Positions 39,410 through 49,148 are shown, counted from the stretch's first letter. The stretch is 64,000 bases of DNA from Candidatus Gottesmanbacteria bacterium RIFCSPHIGHO2_01_FULL_40_15 (GCA_001779115.1 MFJF01000005.1:142888-206887); one strand, 5' to 3'. Notes: a model not told the origin generated them from the letters alone. Translations and numbers: made by a program.

Positions 39410-39889
39410 TTATTTAATGCCGAATTCTTTAAAATAACGGTTAATTAACTCTAAAAATTGAGCTTCATTCATCGGACAGCCCGCCACCGTATCATCAACC
39501 CGGACAATATCAGCAACTTTTTTTACATTCTGAGTATAATCAAAAGTAATCAGGACATTATTAATCTCCCCTTTCAAATCTTTTTGAAAAGTATTTCTTT
39601 GTGATGAAGGCATTCCTATTACGGCACATGATCCGACAGCCACAAGCTTTTTAGCGTTATTTCGGATTGTTAACAGTTTTTTTTCCTGGGATTTTGAAGT
39701 TATTGCTCCTTCAATGAAAGCCACATCCAAATCAACAGGATTGCTTTTTTTCTGCAAAATAAGCATAGAACGGAAATCGATCAGATTCCTCCATTCCAAA
39801 TAATAATCATTTAACAGTTCGGTGAAAATAATTGTCGAGTCTTCACTGCAGGAAAAAGAAAACCAACCGATTTTAAGTTTATTATTCAT
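39410..39889 (-). CDS. Truncated [NiFe]-hydrogenase small subunit (NuoB-like domain only)
   Basis: DVAFIEGAI, AVGSCA, GCP; N-terminal CSEDS replaces CxxC. Confidence 0.88.
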   Translation of the reverse strand: MNNKLKIGWFSFSCSEDSTIIFTELLNDYYLEWRNLIDFRSMLILQKKSNPVDLDVAFIEGAITSKSQEKKLLTIRNNAKKLVAVGSCAVIGMPSSQRNTFQKDLKGEINNVLITFDYTQNVKKVADIVRVDDTVAGCPMNEAQFLELINRYFKEFGIK

Positions 39890-39985
39890 TTTTTTACCAG
39901 ATTACTCTCATTTTTCCGGTTAGTCAATTCCGATTTAATCCTTTACAAGACTATTTTATTTCTTTTATGCTGTTATTATAGTTAT

Positions 39986-41494
39986 ATGAAGTTAAAAGTC
40001 AGGGGCAAAATAATTATTGCCTTGGTTTTTAGTACCATAATCTTTACAGCTTTGAATTTGACCGCATTTATTCCGGGCGGGAATATTAATCGGCTATTGA
40101 CTTTCGCAGGCGGTGTCATCCTCATGACCGGTCTTACCGCAATAGTATATTTATTTTTTAATTCAGCCATAAACAAATTTAAACAGTCTTTAGAAAAAGT
40201 AGAAAAAAACATTCTCAATACCGATGCTTCCATGAGTAAAAATTTAGATATTGAAGATATGGCAACATCATTTGATTTACTTATTAATCAGGTCCAGGAA
40301 AAAGAAGGCAATTTAAAAAATGAAGAAAAAAAGATGGAATCCATGCTGCAGGCATTATCTGAGGCCGTAATAGCTATTGACGAAAGTTTCCGGATACTGG
40401 TCTTCAATAAAACCGCGGAATTATTTACCGGTTTTACAGCTCAAACTGTCATGGGAAAACATATTGATGAAATAGTACAACTTTACGGCGGAGACGAAAA
40501 AATCGTCTTATCCAATTATATCCAAAAGCCGGATGAACTGGCGTCCATTCACCGGGAAAGAGGCCTGCAGATTAAATCTCAATCGGAAAAAATATTTTAC
40601 GTTTCAATCGATGTGGCGCCTTTAGTCTTTGGGAGCGGAGAAAGCCACGGATATATTCTGACTTTTTATGATGAAACAAATCAAAAAGCGCTTGAAGAAA
40701 TGAAACTCGATTTCGTTTCAATGGCAGCTCATGAACTCAGAACCCCCCTAACAGTTATCAGAGGTTATGCCGAATTATTAAATTCCGAAATCGGGGAAAA
40801 ACTGTCTCCTGAACACCAGGAACATTTACACAGACTTTCTTATAATGCCAGCAATTTAGGCACTTTAATAGATAATCTTCTAAATGTGTCAAGAATAGAA
40901 AGAGGTTCATATAAAATCGAGCCTGTTCCGGTTGATCTTCTGTCTCTGGTCAGAAATACTGTAACCGACATGGTAGATCAGGCAAACAGTAAAGGGCAGA
41001 AACTTATATTTACAGAACCTGATGAAAAAGTGCCTCTTGTTTTGGCTGATCAATCAAGAATAAATCAGGTGTTAACTAACCTGATTACCAACGCAATTAC
41101 TTATACTCCGGTTGGTGAATCAATAACCGTTTCCATTTCAAGAAAAGATTCTTTTGTCGGTGTTACCGTAAAAGATACCGGAATTGGAATTCCTAAAGAA
41201 GCTTTATCCAAGCTGTTTACTAAATTTTTCCGGGTTTCAAGCGTACTGGAACAGGGTTCAAAAGGAACAGGATTGGGACTTTTTATTTCCAAATCAATTA
41301 TTTCCATGCACGGCGGAGACATTTCAGTTGACAGTGAACTGGGAAAAGGTTCAACATTTATTTTTACCCTGCCGATCGCAACAAATGTACCGGTTGACCA
41401 GTTAATCTCCCCTGCACCAATAGGAAGAACCGGAAAAGGAATTATGATTAATCCTGAAAGAATGGCCCAACGTATTTCCGGGGGTCAGTTATAA
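39986..41494 (+). CDS. Membrane PAS-domain sensor histidine kinase
   Basis: 2 TM, PAS, AHELRTPL, NLITNA, DTGIG, GTGLGL. Confidence 0.95.
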   Translation: MKLKVRGKIIIALVFSTIIFTALNLTAFIPGGNINRLLTFAGGVILMTGLTAIVYLFFNSAINKFKQSLEKVEKNILNTDASMSKNLDIEDMATSFDLLINQVQEKEGNLKNEEKKMESMLQALSEAVIAIDESFRILVFNKTAELFTGFTAQTVMGKHIDEIVQLYGGDEKIVLSNYIQKPDELASIHRERGLQIKSQSEKIFYVSIDVAPLVFGSGESHGYILTFYDETNQKALEEMKLDFVSMAAHELRTPLTVIRGYAELLNSEIGEKLSPEHQEHLHRLSYNASNLGTLIDNLLNVSRIERGSYKIEPVPVDLLSLVRNTVTDMVDQANSKGQKLIFTEPDEKVPLVLADQSRINQVLTNLITNAITYTPVGESITVSISRKDSFVGVTVKDTGIGIPKEALSKLFTKFFRVSSVLEQGSKGTGLGLFISKSIISMHGGDISVDSELGKGSTFIFTLPIATNVPVDQLISPAPIGRTGKGIMINPERMAQRISGGQL

Positions 41495-41511
41495 TAGAAT
41501 TAGAAATCAAT

Positions 41512-42213
41512 ATGAAAACGATACTTATTGTTGAAGATGATTTTCATATCCAGGATATTTACCGGATGGCTTTTCTTAAAACCGGAAATTATTCCGTGGA
41601 AACAGCATCTGACGGCCAGGAAGCGTTGGTTAAATTAAGAGCTCATGTCTATGACCTGATTCTTTTGGATATCATGCTGCCAAAAGTTACCGGAATCGAT
41701 GTACTTCGGGCTATGAGGTCACCGAGTTCACCGACAAGAGATACGCCGATAATTCTTATTACGAATTTGGGCCAGGAAGACATAATAAAAGAGGCGTTTA
41801 AAATAGGTGCAGACGGTTATTTGATAAAAGCCCAATTTACACCAAATGATGTCGTGGCTGAAGTTGACGCGTTTTTCGAGCAAATGGCTCAAATAAAAGA
41901 ACAACCTACGCCGGCACAACAATCTTCCCCAGCAGCAGCAGCTTCGGTACTTGGAAATGATGAAAACACAGCCCCGACCCAGCCAACTCCGGTTATGACT
42001 CCGGCAGCCTCACAACCCGTTAATGAACAAAATTCAACAACGACGGCGCTATCAGGTAATAAATCGAGCTCTGATTCAGATCAAACAGTTTCATCAAATC
42101 CGATGGGACAAAATATGCCAAATGATACGCCAGTTCCTCCCCCGGAGTCAGCCGGTGAAAACCTTCCCGGTGATGGAAAAGCGGATATAAGTCCAGGTAA
42201 AACTTCCGTCTAA
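41512..42213 (+). CDS. Response regulator receiver with a long disordered C-tail
   Basis: VEDD, LLDIMLP, TN, K; about 110-aa P/S/T/Q-rich tail. Confidence 0.9.
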   Translation: MKTILIVEDDFHIQDIYRMAFLKTGNYSVETASDGQEALVKLRAHVYDLILLDIMLPKVTGIDVLRAMRSPSSPTRDTPIILITNLGQEDIIKEAFKIGADGYLIKAQFTPNDVVAEVDAFFEQMAQIKEQPTPAQQSSPAAAASVLGNDENTAPTQPTPVMTPAASQPVNEQNSTTTALSGNKSSSDSDQTVSSNPMGQNMPNDTPVPPPESAGENLPGDGKADISPGKTSV

Positions 42214-42474
42214 TCAGCCTGCCTTAAAACGATAAACAGTTTTACTTTGTTTAGCTTTTCTTTTCCGTTCGGCAGAACGCCTTATTTTTTCACCGATAAC
42301 CAAAGTGACGGCACTGGTTCCGGCAAGTAATATACCTCCTGATACCAATCCGGGTACTGTCCGGACAACGCCGTAAGCCGCTCCTGCCAAACCGGCCACA
42401 ATTCCGGTTTTGTCAATTTTTTTGGAGATTTCAGCAGCCCTTTCCGTCAAGGATTTTTTCTCTTTTGGTGTCAT
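42214..42474 (-). CDS. Small membrane hypothetical protein
   Basis: 86 aa, Gly/Ala-rich hydrophobic core, basic ends; TTG start. Confidence 0.55.
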   Translation of the reverse strand: MTPKEKKSLTERAAEISKKIDKTGIVAGLAGAAYGVVRTVPGLVSGGILLAGTSAVTLVIGEKIRRSAERKRKAKQSKTVYRFKAG

Positions 42475-42553
42475 TTAGCCGCTTTATTTATATAAGTAGG
42501 AATTTATATTTAAACTGTTTTCCGGTAAGAAAAAGTTATGGGGATAAAAGCAC

Positions 42554-43117
42554 TTATTTCTCTTTAATAAGAATAGGGACAAGCATCAGAACTATAATCA
42601 GAAGAAAAGCGGTCGCAGCCATCAACGGAATTGTTATATACCCCAGTTCCATGACAAAACTGTTAGAGCAGGATACGGAATAGCCGATTGTACTGCAGGG
42701 TAAGATAGACTGACCCCCTCTTTGAAGATAATAATGATAAAAGGCGATAACAATGCCGATTCCTGACAGGGTAATCAGGTAATCATTTATACTTTTGTCT
42801 TTTTTCCAAATCGCCAGGCTTAAAAGCAGCGGCATCGGATACATTAAAATCCGCTGAAACCAGCAGAGTTTACAGGGCTCAAAACCGGCTATTTCGGAAT
42901 AAAACAGACTGCCTAATGTTGCCGTCAGAGAGACTATTAAAGCCAAATGATAGGAATATTTTACTATTTTTCTAAAAATACTGTTTTTTACGAATTTAAG
43001 CTTTTTTTTATTCAGAAAATAAAAGAGGAAAATTACTAAAAATGAAATACCAATAACCTGTCCGAAAACCGTTAAAATCGCGAGTATCCGGTTGACTAAG
43101 AAAACTGACTGATTCAT
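42554..43117 (-). CDS. Disulfide bond formation protein DsbB/BdbC
   Basis: GSLFYSE, PCKLCWFQRI, second Cys pair, ITIP. Confidence 0.93.
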   Translation of the reverse strand: MNQSVFLVNRILAILTVFGQVIGISFLVIFLFYFLNKKKLKFVKNSIFRKIVKYSYHLALIVSLTATLGSLFYSEIAGFEPCKLCWFQRILMYPMPLLLSLAIWKKDKSINDYLITLSGIGIVIAFYHYYLQRGGQSILPCSTIGYSVSCSNSFVMELGYITIPLMAATAFLLIIVLMLVPILIKEK

Positions 43118-43152
43118 GAGATAAGTGCTATAATTATAGACTTTTTGATTAA

Positions 43153-45453
43153 ATGATCAAAATCATATCATCAATTTTCCGAAAACTTATACCCTACTGG
43201 TTTTTAATTTCTATTTTTCTCCTATTTATTATATTTCTTTTCGGCCTGTATACCTATTTCCGATATGTAGATAGTATAGCAACACCTTTTAAGCTAATGA
43301 ACAGCAATAACACAGGAATAATACTTTATGACAGAAAAGGCAGAATCTTTTACCAAAGCCCAAGTGTTAAACCGATACAGCCTGTTTCCCTTACAAAAAT
43401 TCCCAAATTTTTAACCGATGCGACGTTATCAATTGAGGATAAGGATTTTTATCGGCATTCGGGATTTTCGGGAAGGGGTATACTCCGATCCATAGGGCTT
43501 AACATAAGGACGGGAAGTAACATCGGCGGGTCTACAATTACCCAGCAGCTTGTCAAAAACGCCATTTTATCCGATGAAAAAACGTTCAGGCGAAAGTTCC
43601 AGGAACTGATTTTATCTTTTGAAGTGGAAAGACGCTATTCCAAAGATCAAATTCTTGAAATGTATTTAAATTCCATTTATTACGGCAGCGGTGCTTACGG
43701 AGCGGGACAGGCAAGTTTACTTTATTTCAATAAAGACATCAGTAAAATTAATTTGGCGGAATCAGCAATTCTGGCAGCTCTTCCACAATCCCCTTCCAGA
43801 CTGACACCATACGGGGGCGACCGGGAGGCATTGTTTTCAAGACAAAAAATTGTTTTTAAAGAAATGAAAAATGCCGGTTTTATAGGCGAAGCTGAATATG
43901 AAAAAGGTCTTGAAGAAAAAGTTGTATTTGCAGCATCCCGGGAATCTGATGATAATTTGATCCAAGCACCGCATTTCGGCATTTATATCAGAGAATATCT
44001 TTTTAACAGATACGGTGAAGACAAAGTTATCAGAAACGGATTTAAAATTACAACATCTCTTGATGCTTCACTTCAGGCAAAAGCCCAATCTATCCTGCAG
44101 GAGAAAATAAGAGGACTGGCAGAGCAAAAAGTAACAAACGGAGGAGCAATAACAATAAATCCGGCAACCGGAGAAATTATTGTATATGTGGGAAGCAAGG
44201 ACTGGAATGATACCGAGTTTGGAAAATTTGATATAGTACAAGCCTTAAGACAACCCGGATCCTCATTCAAACCGGTAGTTTATTCCGCCGCTTTTATTGA
44301 AGGACACAAGACAACTGATATTCTTCATGATAAGCGGTCTGATTTTTCCGGGTATATGCCTGAGAATTATGACAGGAAGTTCCGAGGGGATGTCACTTTG
44401 AGAAGGGCTCTTTCCAATTCCTTAAACGTACCTTCGGTGGAACTTCTTAATGACATAGGAATTGAAAAGGCAATGGAACTGGCAGCTTCCATGGGTATCA
44501 CAACATTAACGGATATTGATAGATACGGGTTATCTTTGGTGCTCGGGGGAGGTGAAGTAAAACTATCGGAGTTAACAAGGGCATACGGTATACTTTCATA
44601 TCAGGGAGAGCTGGTAAATACCCATCCGATACTTAAGATAGAGGATAAAGCGGGAAACATTATTTATTCATTTGATTCGTCAACTCTTGAAGAGGTAGAA
44701 ACAATTAATAAAAATATTCCGGATTTAACTGAACTTATCGGCTTGAACGACAAACAGGGAAAACTGGACCAATTCACCGGTGGCAGAGGTAAAAAACAAG
44801 TTATTGAAGCCAAATATGCCTATCTGACAACAGATGTTCTTTCAGACCGAAGTGCCCGCGAAGAAATATTCACAGGAGTAACATCCCTTAATCTTTCCCG
44901 GCCGGGGGCTGTTAAGACGGGAACCACTGATGATTACCGTGATTCTTGGACAATCGGATATACACCGGATTATGTAACCGGTGTTTGGATAGGTAACAAT
45001 GACAACAGCCCGATGAACCGTGTTGCGGGCTCAGTCGGAGCGGCTCCCATCTGGCATGACATAATGGAAGAAATTCATCGCGGATTGCCAATCAGGCAAT
45101 TTCCTAAACCTGCCGGAATTGTTGAACTTAATATATGTAAAGATACCCTGCTTCCTTCATGTAATGATTGCAGCGAAAGTTTGCGTGAAGTATTTTCCAT
45201 TGAAACTGCTCCGGAAATACATTGTCAGAGTCCGGTAACTTTGGCGCCTACAGAAGTAAACCCAGAAGAGGAAGATCATGAGAAAAATAATGAAGAAGAT
45301 AATATAGGAGAAAATGACGGACCAACTGAAACTCCTCCGGTAACAATAACGGAGGAGCCTTCATCAACACCTCCGTTTATCTCAGGCAACTCACACCCTC
45401 TGACAATACCGGTGATTACTTCGGGAACCATCCCTCCAACAATTCTACCGTAA
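43153..45453 (+). CDS. Class A penicillin-binding protein (PBP1A family)
   Basis: EDKDFYRH, GGSTITQQL, SSFK, SLN, KTGT; acidic Pro/Thr tail. Confidence 0.95.
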   Translation: MIKIISSIFRKLIPYWFLISIFLLFIIFLFGLYTYFRYVDSIATPFKLMNSNNTGIILYDRKGRIFYQSPSVKPIQPVSLTKIPKFLTDATLSIEDKDFYRHSGFSGRGILRSIGLNIRTGSNIGGSTITQQLVKNAILSDEKTFRRKFQELILSFEVERRYSKDQILEMYLNSIYYGSGAYGAGQASLLYFNKDISKINLAESAILAALPQSPSRLTPYGGDREALFSRQKIVFKEMKNAGFIGEAEYEKGLEEKVVFAASRESDDNLIQAPHFGIYIREYLFNRYGEDKVIRNGFKITTSLDASLQAKAQSILQEKIRGLAEQKVTNGGAITINPATGEIIVYVGSKDWNDTEFGKFDIVQALRQPGSSFKPVVYSAAFIEGHKTTDILHDKRSDFSGYMPENYDRKFRGDVTLRRALSNSLNVPSVELLNDIGIEKAMELAASMGITTLTDIDRYGLSLVLGGGEVKLSELTRAYGILSYQGELVNTHPILKIEDKAGNIIYSFDSSTLEEVETINKNIPDLTELIGLNDKQGKLDQFTGGRGKKQVIEAKYAYLTTDVLSDRSAREEIFTGVTSLNLSRPGAVKTGTTDDYRDSWTIGYTPDYVTGVWIGNNDNSPMNRVAGSVGAAPIWHDIMEEIHRGLPIRQFPKPAGIVELNICKDTLLPSCNDCSESLREVFSIETAPEIHCQSPVTLAPTEVNPEEEDHEKNNEEDNIGENDGPTETPPVTITEEPSSTPPFISGNSHPLTIPVITSGTIPPTILP

Positions 45454-45477
45454 GGAAAAACAGTTTCCGCAATAAAC

Positions 45478-45513
45478 GTAACCCCGCCCTTCGTAATGAA
45501 AGAGCGGGGTTAC
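45478..45513. terminator. Terminator hairpin between convergent genes
   Basis: GTAACCCCGCCCTT...AAGAGCGGGGTTAC. Confidence 0.8.
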
Positions 45514-45527
45514 TTAAATTGTTTATG

Positions 45528-46121
45528 TTACAATTGAGTGACTTCTACTTGAGCGTTATTAACCATATTTTTAACTATCACTCCGGCTGTAACATCGCCT
45601 GACTCAACACCGTTTTTGCAAATCGTATTGAAATTGCATTTATTATTTCCGGTGTTGGCGCTGATATTAACGTTATTATTAACGTTTGCCTTTTGAAATG
45701 TTAACACATTTGCATTTTGGCCGTCATTGACATAAACGGTATTGGTTGAAAACGGTCCGGTAATACTGTTACTACCGTGACCGCCACCCCCTTCATCCAC
45801 CTGCGTCACATATACACCGGTGTTGTTGGCATATGTTACCAACTTAACTCCCGCCTCAATCCCCCCAGTGTCTACACCGCCTGTAATTGTGTTGAAGTTG
45901 GATGTATTACCGCCAGTATTGGCTCTTATAGCAACGTTATTATTAACGTAAGCAAATTGTGCCGTATTTACATTAGCGGATTGCCCGTCCTTTACAACGC
46001 ACCTGTTACGGCTGAAAGGACCGGTTATGCGGTTTACGCATTTTGTGTCACTGGCCAGAGCAGGCATAGCCGCGGCCAGTAGCATTCCTCCACCAAGTAA
46101 TGCACCCCAGATTTTTTTCAT
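45528..46121 (-). CDS. Secreted Asn/Val/Gly/Thr-rich protein made of two ~80-aa repeats
   Basis: Sec signal (ALA-SD); duplicated ITGPFSxN, DGQxANV, VNNNV, ANTG, NFNTI, VTQ; RBS AAGGAGGTGA. Confidence 0.85.
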   Translation of the reverse strand: MKKIWGALLGGGMLLAAAMPALASDTKCVNRITGPFSRNRCVVKDGQSANVNTAQFAYVNNNVAIRANTGGNTSNFNTITGGVDTGGIEAGVKLVTYANNTGVYVTQVDEGGGGHGSNSITGPFSTNTVYVNDGQNANVLTFQKANVNNNVNISANTGNNKCNFNTICKNGVESGDVTAGVIVKNMVNNAQVEVTQL

Positions 46122-46200
46122 CTATATTTTTCACCTCCTTTCTCCTTTTATATTTTTTTAATCAGGATTTTCATCCTATCGGTGTTTAATAAAGGCGGCA

Positions 46201-46227
46201 TAAGAAAGAGGTAAGACCTATTTAAGA
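46201..46227 (-). promoter_or_regulatory. Triple 11-bp-period direct repeat, candidate OmpR/PhoB-type binding site
   Basis: TAAGA at 46201, 46212, 46223 (TCTTA-N6 on the minus strand). Confidence 0.6.
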
Positions 46228-46289
46228 AGACAATTTTTACTGTCTATGCGAGTTGCGCTTTTGTTGAATTATGGTAAAATCTTCCGGCA

Positions 46290-46961
46290 ATGATTAAAAC
46301 CGTCATGGTAATAGAGGACGAACAGGACGTAAGAAAATTCATCAATAACCTTCTATTAGATCACGGTTATTCTGTTGTTGAAGCTTCTGACGGTGTAAAA
46401 GCTCTGGATTTAATTGAGAGCAGGCGTCCTGATCTGGTAATTCTTGATTTAGGGTTGCCAAAATTAAGCGGTGAATCGGTGATGACCGAAATAAGAAAAA
46501 AATTCCCGGATATGCCAGTAGTCATATTAACCGCCAAAGATGCTGTTTCCGATATTGTTAAAGGTTTTAACCTCGGTGCAGACGACTATATAACCAAACC
46601 TTTTAAAGGGGAAGAGCTTATTGCCAGAGCAAAAGCCAGATTAAAACATTTGGAACACGGCGGAACCATTTTAAAAGTAGGTAACCTGGAATTAAATACA
46701 AAAACTTTTGAAGTTAAAAGAGGTGAAGACAGAATCAGCTTATCCCATAAAGAATATGAATTATTGCAGTATCTGATGATAAATGCCGGAAGAGTATTAA
46801 CCCGGGATATGATTCTTCAAAGGATTTGGCTGACGGCAGATTATATAGAACCGAGGGTTGTGGATGTATATATCGGTTACTTAAGAAAAAAAATTGATAA
46901 TAATCAAAATAAACAGCTGATAAACACAGTGCGGGGATTCGGATATGTAATCAGAGAATAA
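46290..46961 (+). CDS. OmpR/PhoB family DNA-binding response regulator
   Basis: IEDE, LDLGLP, GADDYITKPF, VDVYIGYLRKK, TVRGFGY. Confidence 0.96.
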   Translation: MIKTVMVIEDEQDVRKFINNLLLDHGYSVVEASDGVKALDLIESRRPDLVILDLGLPKLSGESVMTEIRKKFPDMPVVILTAKDAVSDIVKGFNLGADDYITKPFKGEELIARAKARLKHLEHGGTILKVGNLELNTKTFEVKRGEDRISLSHKEYELLQYLMINAGRVLTRDMILQRIWLTADYIEPRVVDVYIGYLRKKIDNNQNKQLINTVRGFGYVIRE

Positions 46962-46965
46962 GCTT

Positions 46966-47175
46966 CTAAAGATTCCTGTCTACCGTTTCGGTCATTTTTT
47001 GCAAATCTTCCAGAATCCGATCAAGTCTACTATTAATCTTTTCCAGAAAATTATGCCTGCTTCCGCTTTGTCTTTCAAAAAGCTTTAAATTAACCTTTAT
47101 GACCGTCAATGAATTTTTAAGACTGTGACTGAATTCATGAACGGTGTTTTTAATGATATTTTTTTTATATTTCAA
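46966..47175 (-). CDS. Stand-alone HisKA/DHp-like mini-protein
   Basis: FSHSLKNSLTVI resembles an H-box; two helices; no ATPase domain; TTG start. Confidence 0.55.
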   Translation of the reverse strand: MKYKKNIIKNTVHEFSHSLKNSLTVIKVNLKLFERQSGSRHNFLEKINSRLDRILEDLQKMTETVDRNL

Positions 47176-47216
47176 GGAAGATTATTTTATACGGAAGAAG
47201 CAATAAATTCAATAAA

Positions 47217-49148
47217 TCAACAATTGGATTTGGGTATTAAATTACTGACAAAATATTCCGTACTGCCAGCAGCACCGGCACTTTTGCAAACTTTTAATTT
47301 AACGATTCCCTCAGGCGCAACAAAATCGGAATGATTGACAAACTGAGAATAATAATCTATTAATATTTTCCAAATAGGAGCAGCTCCGCGGGAACCCGGA
47401 AGATTAGCCATCGGTTGCCCGTAATTATTACCGACCCAAACACCAACCGATATTTGCGGAGTAAATCCGATAGTCCAGGAATCTTTAAAATTATCAGTAG
47501 TGCCTGTTTTTACGGCAGCATTTGTTTTGGTATCTAAAATTTTTCCAAAAACTTCCCTTCTGACAAGCCTATCCGATAATATTGAAGTTAACAAAAATAC
47601 CGATTGCCGATCAACTACATTTTCCGGCAGATTTTTATGCTTGTAGATTATTTCATTTTGCTTACTTATTATTTTTTCTATGATATAGGGAGTATTTTTT
47701 AAACCGTTATTGGCAATTACCGAATAAGCACCGGTTAATTCCAATAGAGATACTTCACCGGTTCCCAATACCAAAGATAATCCGTAATTTTTCTTATCTT
47801 CAAGAGAAGAAATACCTAATAAGCGGGCAAAATCCAATACATTTTCAACGCCAATTCGGGATATTAATTCAACTGCCGGAACATTTAATGAATTTGACAG
47901 TGCCCGTCTGACAGAAACCGGTCCCCGGAATTTTCTGTCGTAATTATGGGGCTTGTATATTCCAGCGGGCGTGGTATATGCGGTAGGCACATCTTTCAAT
48001 TTTGTTGTCAGAGTGATATTCCCCCGGGATAATCCTAACAGATATACAACCGGTTTGAATGAAGATCCGGGTTGCCTCAACGAAAGAGCCATATTAACTT
48101 TTCCGATATCATTATCTTCCCAATCCGCGCTGCCGACTAAAACTCTTACAGCTGAGGTGTTTGAATCCAAAACGACAACAGCAGCATTTCCGGCATTTAA
48201 TTTTTTTATTTTTTCCACCTCTATTTTGACAATTTTTTCCGCAAACCGCTGCCAATCCAAATCAAGAGTTGTGTATACTTTCAGTCCGTCACCCACGATA
48301 TCCGGGCCGTAATTTTTTTCTATTTCATTTTTTATCATCAAAGCAAAATGAGGAGCATTCCTGTTAATACTCCTGTCCAATACAAAATGAACCGGTGTGT
48401 TTTTGACCTCGTAACCTACTTGCGCGGTTATATAGGAAGATTTAACCAATTCATTAAGAATCGCCGAAAAACGATTCTTAATTTGAGGATCCAATCCGTC
48501 TTCCGGTTTGAATTTCGAAGGAAAGGGCAGAACTGATGTGAGCAGAACTGATTCGGCAAGATTCAAGTCCTGGGTTTTTTTATCAAAATATGTTTCAGCC
48601 GCCGCTTCAATTCCCCAGGCACCACGGCCGAAATAAACAGTATTGAAATACATTTCAAGTATTTCATTTTTATTAAATTTCTTTTCAAGATAAATGGACA
48701 GGGGAATTTCCAAAAGTTTTCTCCAAACATTTTTATTACTGTTTAAAAGCACATTTTTTGTCAGCTGTTGAGTTAAGGTTGAAGCTCCATATGCCGGATA
48801 ACCTTTTGTAATATTGAAAAAAAATGCTCTGGCAATTGCTTTTACCGATACTCCGTTATGACGGTAAAAATCCCGGTCTTCAGAAATTAAAACTGCCTCC
48901 TTTAAGATTGAAGGTATTTTGGCAAGCGGAATAAAACGCCTTACTTTTGCCTGGCCAAATCCGAAAAACGGTCTTCCTTTTACATCATAAATAATAATTC
49001 CGGTATCATTATGGGATGTTAATCTTTCCTTAGAAACAAATTCTCCGTCAAAAGAATAAATTACCGACATAACAGGAATAATATAAAAGAAAAGTAAAAC
49101 CAATATCAGCACCGGTAAGATGTGTTTTTTCATGAAATTAATTTTCAC
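47217..49148 (-). CDS. Second class A penicillin-binding protein
   Basis: EDRDFYRH, GASTLTQQL, SSFK, SLN, KTGT. Confidence 0.95.
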   Translation of the reverse strand: MKINFMKKHILPVLILVLLFFYIIPVMSVIYSFDGEFVSKERLTSHNDTGIIIYDVKGRPFFGFGQAKVRRFIPLAKIPSILKEAVLISEDRDFYRHNGVSVKAIARAFFFNITKGYPAYGASTLTQQLTKNVLLNSNKNVWRKLLEIPLSIYLEKKFNKNEILEMYFNTVYFGRGAWGIEAAAETYFDKKTQDLNLAESVLLTSVLPFPSKFKPEDGLDPQIKNRFSAILNELVKSSYITAQVGYEVKNTPVHFVLDRSINRNAPHFALMIKNEIEKNYGPDIVGDGLKVYTTLDLDWQRFAEKIVKIEVEKIKKLNAGNAAVVVLDSNTSAVRVLVGSADWEDNDIGKVNMALSLRQPGSSFKPVVYLLGLSRGNITLTTKLKDVPTAYTTPAGIYKPHNYDRKFRGPVSVRRALSNSLNVPAVELISRIGVENVLDFARLLGISSLEDKKNYGLSLVLGTGEVSLLELTGAYSVIANNGLKNTPYIIEKIISKQNEIIYKHKNLPENVVDRQSVFLLTSILSDRLVRREVFGKILDTKTNAAVKTGTTDNFKDSWTIGFTPQISVGVWVGNNYGQPMANLPGSRGAAPIWKILIDYYSQFVNHSDFVAPEGIVKLKVCKSAGAAGSTEYFVSNLIPKSNC

